Assembly (NCBI GenBank): GCA_029953675.1
Contig: JAMWBK010000011.1
Location: 558,001 to 622,000, forward strand
From: Rhodosorus marinus CCMP1338
Lineage: Eukaryota; Plantae; Rhodophyta
Direction of reading: 5' to 3'
Length of the DNA stretch: 64,000 nucleotides
Within the stretch, counting starts at the first letter, position 1. Each line of letters starts with the position of its first letter. The position numbers were made by a program, and so were the translations under genes. Below, in pieces: positions 57,223-64,000 of the stretch. Below the pieces are notes generated by a model that saw only the letters and a program-made list of their open reading frames with translations, was not told the origin of the DNA and did not search any database.

Positions 57223-57888
57223 ATGGCTACTGGGTTCATACCTGGCGTGGATGTCCTGGCTGGATCTCGCGTGAGGCCGGGCGGACAGTGCAACCTCCGT
57301 AAACGATGGGTCGTTGTGAACATGACCGCGGCAGGCAAGTTGAAGGTTCTCGGTATCTCCGGGAGCATTCGCATAGCCTCGGCGAACTCTGGACTTCTGC
57401 GTGCCGCGAAGGAGTTGGCTCCTAGCGACGTTGAGTTTGAGATCGCGGACATCTCCAGGCTTCCGATGTTCAACTTGGATTTGGTCGATCCGGATCAGCC
57501 TCCTGAGGTCGTCGAGTTCAAGGAGAAGGTCAAGAGCTGCGATGCCATATTCTTCGCCACCCCAGAGTACAACTTTTCCATGACGCCCGTTCTTAAGAAC
57601 GCCATCGACTGGTGCTCGAACAATCCGAACGTGCTGAACGAGAAGCCCTGCACGATGGGAAGCTGCGGAGGAGGTGGTGGTGGAGCCCTCGGGCAACTCG
57701 CCCTCAGGAACGCTCTCGTCTTCCCTAACGTGCATGCCCTCAACAAACCGCATCTGCTCATAAAGCTCTTCGACGGGTCAGTCCAGTGGGACAAGGAGAC
57801 CGGAGATATAACGGACGAGAAGTGGCGAGGAAGGATCCAGGCTCAAGTAGTAGCATTTGCCGTCTGGGCAAGAAGAATCAATCCATAG
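57223..57888 (+). CDS. NADPH-dependent FMN reductase / quinone reductase with an N-terminal extension (probable transit peptide), 221 aa
   Basis: GISGSIRIASANSGL, TPEYNFSMTPVLKNAIDW, and a 33-aa extension MATGFIPGVDVLAGSRVRPGGQCNLRKRWVVVN. Confidence 0.9.
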   Translation: MATGFIPGVDVLAGSRVRPGGQCNLRKRWVVVNMTAAGKLKVLGISGSIRIASANSGLLRAAKELAPSDVEFEIADISRLPMFNLDLVDPDQPPEVVEFKEKVKSCDAIFFATPEYNFSMTPVLKNAIDWCSNNPNVLNEKPCTMGSCGGGGGGALGQLALRNALVFPNVHALNKPHLLIKLFDGSVQWDKETGDITDEKWRGRIQAQVVAFAVWARRINP

Positions 57889-58233
57889 ATAAACTAAGCC
57901 CATGCATCTCGTAAACAGCAATTGAAACCTATCTTTTCTTTAGTGTTTTGGGTTGCTTTTGTAATAAACACATTTGGAGCAGGCGCTCGGAAATCTTTTT
58001 GTTGCATCAGCTCTGTCGTCTTCTTCGCCGGTTTTTGTGGGGTGGGTGCTCACGTACGTTGGATTTGCATCCGTGGTGAGGAGGGCCGAGGGTCATGGCG
58101 TTGCGTTTTGAGTTATTAAAAGTGCGTTCTAATGATCTACTGGGGCATGTTGAAAGGTCTTCGGGTGCGCTGAGGCCCTGGTGATGGGCTTAATCCGCGT
58201 GGGACTAAAGCGCGCGCCGACTGATTGTCTCCG

Positions 58234-59212
58234 ATGTTTGAGTTTGGGTTTGGGAAGAAGGCTTCCGATGAGCGACTGGGTCAGGTTGAAGGATCCGCGG
58301 ATGCCCTGAAGCCGGTTGTCGAGCTGTCGCGTCGTGCTGACGTCGATCTGAGTGGACTGGATCGCCTGGGCGTTGAGGTATCGGACTTGAAGAGGTTTGT
58401 GATTGTCAACGGTGGGAGTGAAGGGGAGTCTGATCTAGTCGCCGGTGAATACGAAGGGGGACGGAAACTGTGGGAGTCTTCGGTGGACCTTGTACAGTAC
58501 TGCGCGTCGGAGAAGTTCAGCTTTTCAGGGAAGAGGGTCCTAGAGCTCGGATGTGGACACGCACTACCCAGCATCTTCGCCGCCCAGCAGGGAGCGGCAG
58601 AACTTTCACTTCTGGTGGGTTTTTGTGAATAACCAAGCTCATATCGCTCGAGGCCTAACACTATGTTGTCCAGGACTTCAACGAAGACGTGCTTCGGAAC
58701 ATCACAGAGCCCAACCTCCAACTCAACGGCCTCGGGGCCTCCGAAACCTCCTGCAAAACCCGCCTCTTCCACGGCGACTGGGCGGCGCTTCCAGATCTTT
58801 TGAGAGATGAAGATAGGTCCGTCTGCCCGCGAGCGGAAACCAACCATGCGGGGTGCCAGAAACTCTAACTTGATGCCAGCTGATCACGATACGCCCTCAT
58901 GTCTGTCACCATTTCACTAGATTTGATATCATATTGAGCGCAGAGACAGTTTATAGTCCATTGTCAATGAAGAGCCTCGCCCAGACCATCCTCAGACTCC
59001 TTAGTAACAAAAACGGCACAGCGTTAGTAGCTGGGAAAGTGTACTATTTTGGGGTTGGTGGCGGTACTATCGAGTTCCAGCGGACGATTAAGGGACTCGC
59101 GCTGGGGGAAGAGACACCAGTCCATGTCAGCTCTGGACGAAGAATCGAAGACGGAGCGAGCAACGTTAGAGAGATAATCAGGATTTCCCCTCAGCAGCTT
59201 CCAGAGCTCTGA
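58234..59212 (+). CDS. Histidine protein methyltransferase HPM1/METTL18-like; 2 introns
   Basis: YEGGRKLWESSVDL, KRVLELGCGHALP, spliced LL/DFNEDV (intron with a CTAAC branch site), FDIILSAETVY, and AGKVYYFGVGGG. Confidence 0.87.
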
Positions 59213-59886
59213 CTGAAGACTGCTTTGCGGTCGCCTGGTCTCCACCTCGAGCGGAGGGATCCGTTGTGATGAGAAGCAATGGAGGCTTCCCATTAAGGGG
59301 GATAAAAGTCTTCATTGAAGGACTTGATGGTTTCCAATCGTATGCTTTCGAAACTAGATCATAGCGGCTTTCGTACAGACGTTTTGGTCTAGGGTTGGCT
59401 GACTGAGTGCTTGCCTCAGGGCCGCTTGGCAGGATTGTCATCGACATGACTGGCTCTGGACAAGGCAGCTTGTTGCTGAGGGTTCTGTGTTATCGCCTGA
59501 TTGCGAAGCAGCGACATTATACACGAGATAGACGATAGACATGGTCCCTTCTTCAAAGACGACTCCGAGTTCGGCACTCACGTCCAGGCTCCTCCGTAAG
59601 TGCGGGAGGGGGAGGGCTTTTAAATCGGGAGCCCTTGACTAAGATAGAATCTGTTCTGGTCGTCCTTGGCATCCAGCGACTACCAAACCATCAAAAATGT
59701 AGTGCGTATCACCAAAACAAAATCCTCTCGGCTGTCGTCAATCAGCTCTCGTGTGTCCCCAGGCAAGACCAGCCAGACGTCTCCTCTTCGAATCCAACTT
59801 GCGGTACCTGCTCCATCACACCGAACATGGAGCCCATGTTAAATCCTTATCCAGACGGGCCGGGATCGATCCGGAGACTCCACGGC

Positions 59887-61039
59887 TTATCTCACCTTGC
59901 CGTCGCTCTCAAAGTACTTGTGCTCGAGCTTGTCCTCCAAGACCTTGACGATACGATAACCCCATTTGTCATCGCTATCCAACGGCATTCCTGCCGCGCA
60001 GGTGATGACCAGGTTGATTCCCAAGCTTGTGCGCTCCCAGTTCCGATGCCAGTGTCCAGTGAAGCAGGCTCGGACTCCATAGTGACGCATCAGCAGGAGC
60101 GCCATTAGCCTTCTCTCTCGCGGGATATGGAAGTAGGACGGAGGCATCGCAGACTGTTCGCCTTTCGCTTCGTTTGGCAGTTGGTCTGGCTCGTCTGCCT
60201 TGTAGATGAACCTAAGCGAAGGAAGCAACGCCCATGAGCTGTGAAATCGTCTTTGAGTTGTCTGTGCTTTGGTCCGATGTGCACCATGGAATGTGAGAGA
60301 AGACAAGGATATGTCTGGCATCCTCGATGCTTGCTCTTTTGAGCTCTTCTTCGAACCATTCGTGTTGTTCGGAGAACGCGTCTGGAGCGGCAGACGGGTC
60401 GGAGTAGAGCTGGTTGTTGAGGACAATGAATTTAACGCCGCGGTGGGTGAAGGAGAAGTAGTCGTCGCCGAATCGAGCCTTATAGCGGTCGATGTACTCA
60501 GGAGTGGGTCGGTTCCCAACGTCGTGATTTCCGCACACGCAGACCAGCGGAATGTCGTCCTGGATCTCGCTCATGACCCGTTTGAAGGTCGAGACCTTTT
60601 AGGGACGCGGATGCGTTAAAGAACGAAAGGCTGTAGGGACGGCGTAGGTTTCATCCTAGTGTACCTGGTCCAGCTCCGTTTGCTCGCCGAGATCCTCATA
60701 GATATCTGGATGAGCGTTTATGAGATCCCCACAGACAATAACAAACGACGGTTTCAGCTGGTTAATCGCCTCAACGGCCTTTCTCACTCTTTCAACCTCT
60801 TCGTCAACGCTCCTAGAGCAAACATGGAGGGAGACAAAACCAACGATCAGACCGGCAGAAATGAAAAGCAAAGAAAGCTGATCCTCTAACCCATTGTTGG
60901 TGATCATTCCAAACTGGGTATCTGCCAGCACTACAAAATGGAACGGCTGAAACCCGTGTCCCTCCTCATCATCATCAGGGATCCCATGAAAGCCTCGGTC
61001 TCTCGCCAAATCCCAACGGCGATGACCATCCATGGTCAT
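59887..61039 (-). CDS. Calcineurin-like metallophosphoesterase, CPPED1-like; multi-exon
   Basis: ADTQFG, CGDL, CGNHDVG, FSHIP and FTGHWH motifs across exons separated by short introns. Confidence 0.88.
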
Positions 61040-61668
61040 TGGATGGTAAAGAGCCGCAAGCTCTTTGCAAGCTTCTTGCCCTCAATCCAGGGCTTGGTCA
61101 CTCGACCTTGCCAAGAGGGCCTCGGAGATTTTCTGAAAGCGCTGTTTCCCGTGATGTCAAGGACGTGACGTCTTCTCCTCGTCGCAGGAGAAAAGTAGAA
61201 ACAAAAAAATACCTGCCTTCCACTTTGAAGAAGGCCGATACCTTTATCGCTGTTAGCTCCCGATCTAGCTGTCCGGCTTGGCTTTCGCCTTAAGTAGCTG
61301 CTGGCTAGCAATAGAAGGCAAAAAAAAAAAACCACGACGCTTGTTTCTGTTGGCTTCCCCTCTCCTTCTTTCGCCTTGCGGTTTGCTCCAAAGTCGGATA
61401 GAGTCGCTTGCACAGTAGCTAACCGAAGGAGGGGGAGGAGGTGGGGCGGGTTGAGGAAGCAAGGAGGCGAGTGACTGTTCCTGAGAATAAAATCGCTTTT
61501 TGTTGTAGTCATTAAGGTCTAGGTCAGTAGCTAAGTTACGTTTTCTGTTGTCTATCTTCCGCATGGAACCCTCTTCACTCCTATGTCTTTCACGTTTTCT
61601 GGAGGTTGCTGGGAGGCTTTGTCATCTCCTGAAACTGCTCGGTGAAGAGGGTATGCTTGCTTCTTGTC

Positions 61669-62317
61669 TTATACAGGTGTGGAAATCGAGCGGTATGATG
61701 AAGGTTCTTCACTAGCGTTGTTGGTAGCAGCGGCGGCTTCCCCGCCGATGAGGTCGGTTTTGCAATTCGGACACGTGCCATCCCAGCCGGTGTAGACCCA
61801 TTTCCCAAGGCAGGCCGTATGGAAGATGTGTCCGCAGTTTGGTGCGACGAAACAATCCTCGTTTGGTGCTTCTACGAGTTCGTCTAGACAGATGCTGCAG
61901 ACTTGTCCCTTCCGTCTATGCTCCGTACAGGGCGCGCTGATGTGTGATAGTAACTAAGCAGATCGAACAAACGACAAAAAAGAAGAACCTCTAGGCTTAG
62001 GACGAGACCCGTCATCCAAACACTGTCTGCGCAGGAAAAAACATGGCAAACATCCATACCTTGTTCACTGTCTCCTGTGTAATCTCAATGGGCACGCCGT
62101 GCAGCTCGTTCACTGCAACGATAACAGAATTCGAGTCGTTAACAGGCGCATCCCTCACTCCAACCGTACCATCCTCCCGAATCTCCTGAGCAGCGGCATT
62201 CACCCGACTATCAATATACTGCCGAAGACTGCCCCGGAACATCCACAACAAACAAAAGAGCAACGTCTGACCAAGCACAACCGCAACCATCAACAGAATA
62301 GCCGCAATCAGCTCCAT
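61669..62317 (-). CDS. TM-anchored RING-H2 E3 ubiquitin ligase (ATL-like architecture); 1 intron
   Basis: N-terminal TM MELIAAILLMVAVVLGQTLLFCLLWMF and spliced CSICLDE..CGHIFHTACLGKW..CPNC. Confidence 0.85.
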
Positions 62318-64000
62318 CGCGACCTTTAAAAAAAGAGGTTTCTTCCTCTGCTCAAAACCCAGCGCAGTCCATACCAACCCAACTTGCCCACACCCTCCCT
62401 CTCCCAGACCCCAAATCCGAAAACGGTATTTCACTTCCTAAGAACTCATCTATCCTCCTGACTACTCTTCTTGCTCTACCTCTTAAGAGAGCCTCCGTCC
62501 AGAAGGGCTACTCTACCAGAACAAAAGTAAAATATCCCAAACCTCTTCTCTTCTTCTTCATCAGCTGCGCTGACGAAAGAGATGAAACTAACTACCCAAG
62601 CAAAAGGAAATATCAAAGCCCTAGTCGATGCCCGTGAACAACGTGGGGAGACTTGCGTACTCTCTCTCTCCTTTTTTGACTATCGTCTTCAGTATCAGCC
62701 CCGCGTTTTCTTCGTATCACGCCTCGCGTTCTTAACCCTGAGGTTCGTCTCTATTCAGTTTTCTCCGCACGATGCGCTGTGGGTTAACTATCGGCAGCGC
62801 CGTGTGCGGAAGGGACAAAAAAAAGTTCGTCGTCAACCATCTGCTTTAGCCCCCCAAAGCCCAAGTCCAGTCCTCTCCTCTCTCTTTCCCAAGGCGGAGG
62901 AACTGTCGTCGCGCACCAAACACCATCCACATTACGGCATGGCCTGAGATATGAAGGGGGGTACACCGGCTCAAATATGACCTGTACGAAATTGTAAAAC
63001 AGACTAGGAAGTTGCTGCTCCAACCAACAATACCAGCAACGAACTCTCGCGGTAAAGCCAAGAAACCTTAAACACCGTTCCCAACCGAATTCCATACTAG
63101 GAACGACCGCCCCTCACCGCGTAGTTTTTAGTACACTTAGTACATGAAATACGAAGAGTAAGGAAGGAAGGAGTACTATGGGGCATGCCTCATGCCCCTG
63201 AGATCGTCAGACAACAAACGATAATATTATAATAAAACTTCAATGTTTCTCCTCTAAAGGGGCACATTTCGGGGCTTTTCTCCATTTAGGGCATTCTCAA
63301 TCTTGAAATTTATTTTGTATACTCATGAAAAGATGCCCCCGCACGATGTTCGTTTTTACGACGACTAAAATACGTCATGTTCGTTCGTATTGGATTGGCG
63401 CCCTCCATGGAAAAATAAAATATGGAACTGAAATCCATTGGAAGGGCGGGGACCTAGAAGCGGCCTTGCGAACTCAACATCCCCCCCAATCGCGCGTCCA
63501 TTTGTCAGCAACAACACCTGAAATTTGTGCCGTGCACTCTGTCTCTGTCTCTCTCTCTCACGGGAACAAAGGAGCGCTCCCAATGACTAGAAGGTCTCCA
63601 ATCGCAGAGATCGTGGAGATGAGCCCCACTGAGTCGATATCAAAATACAGTCTAAATCAGACTCAGGGATTCGACCTGGTATCTTAGGTTTCCATCCAAA
63701 GAAACGGCCTTCTCTTGTTCTATCCCTTCTTCCTTTTCTCTTTTTCTATCTGCTTCCCATTGAACTCTCCAAGCCCTAATGGTTCGCTACTATATTGCGG
63801 GCGTCTTCAGTAGTTGAGTTCTTTGGCTTGATGCATTCGCTTAATTCCCGTTTGGCGTCGCAAATTGTTCCGCGAGCGCACAGACCGGCTCTCCTCTCGT
63901 TGCCTACCCTTTTGGGTTCCCTGTTGTGGCGCTGCTTTGATGCTGGAGGCGCGTGATCTTCTCATTCTGAGCTCCTTTTTTTTTCCCCCATTGCGCTTTT

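Noticed and set aside
59178-59850. Possible small minus-strand spliced gene between HPM1 and CPPED1
   Set aside because: I could not assemble a consistent in-frame exon chain or recognise a family.
62582-63687. Short ORFs at the right end
   Set aside because: No recognisable domains or coding-like composition; probably promoter or intergenic DNA.
1-64000. Prokaryotic origin or operon interpretation of the window
   Set aside because: Spliceosomal introns, a eukaryotic initiator tRNA, Pol III T-runs, bZIP/RING/TRM112 genes and long spacers all indicate a eukaryotic nucleus.

Overview
Eukaryotic nuclear DNA, not bacterial. Evidence: short GT-AG introns with CTAAC branch sites, a eukaryotic initiator-type tRNA, bZIP, RING-H2, TRM112 and ERV-family genes, and a probable plastid transit peptide. 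A compact red-algal genome is my best guess (inference only). The window has two compartments. (1) About 1-39 kb is an accessory array of intronless, signal-peptide-bearing family-S1 sulfatase genes: 6 complete copies, 1 cut by the window edge, 1 inverted pseudogene and 1 relic reduced to a promoter plus 9 codons. They form two clades. Clade A has the non-canonical motifs CASSR and GRAG; clade B has CSPSR and GKPG. The array also contains two tandem orphan 3-TM genes, paralogous spacer blocks, several tandem repeats, a 40-bp palindrome and a 148-bp hairpin. (2) About 41-62.5 kb is gene-dense and mostly housekeeping: organellar uS7, an ERV2-like oxidase, tRNA-Pro(CGG), a cyclin-like gene, a bZIP, a putative plastid protein, TRM112, an initiator-type tRNA-Met with an unusual C1:G72 pair, two FMN reductases (one frameshifted), HPM1/METTL18-like, CPPED1-like and RING-H2. 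All alignments, identities and family calls were made by eye; no searches were run.
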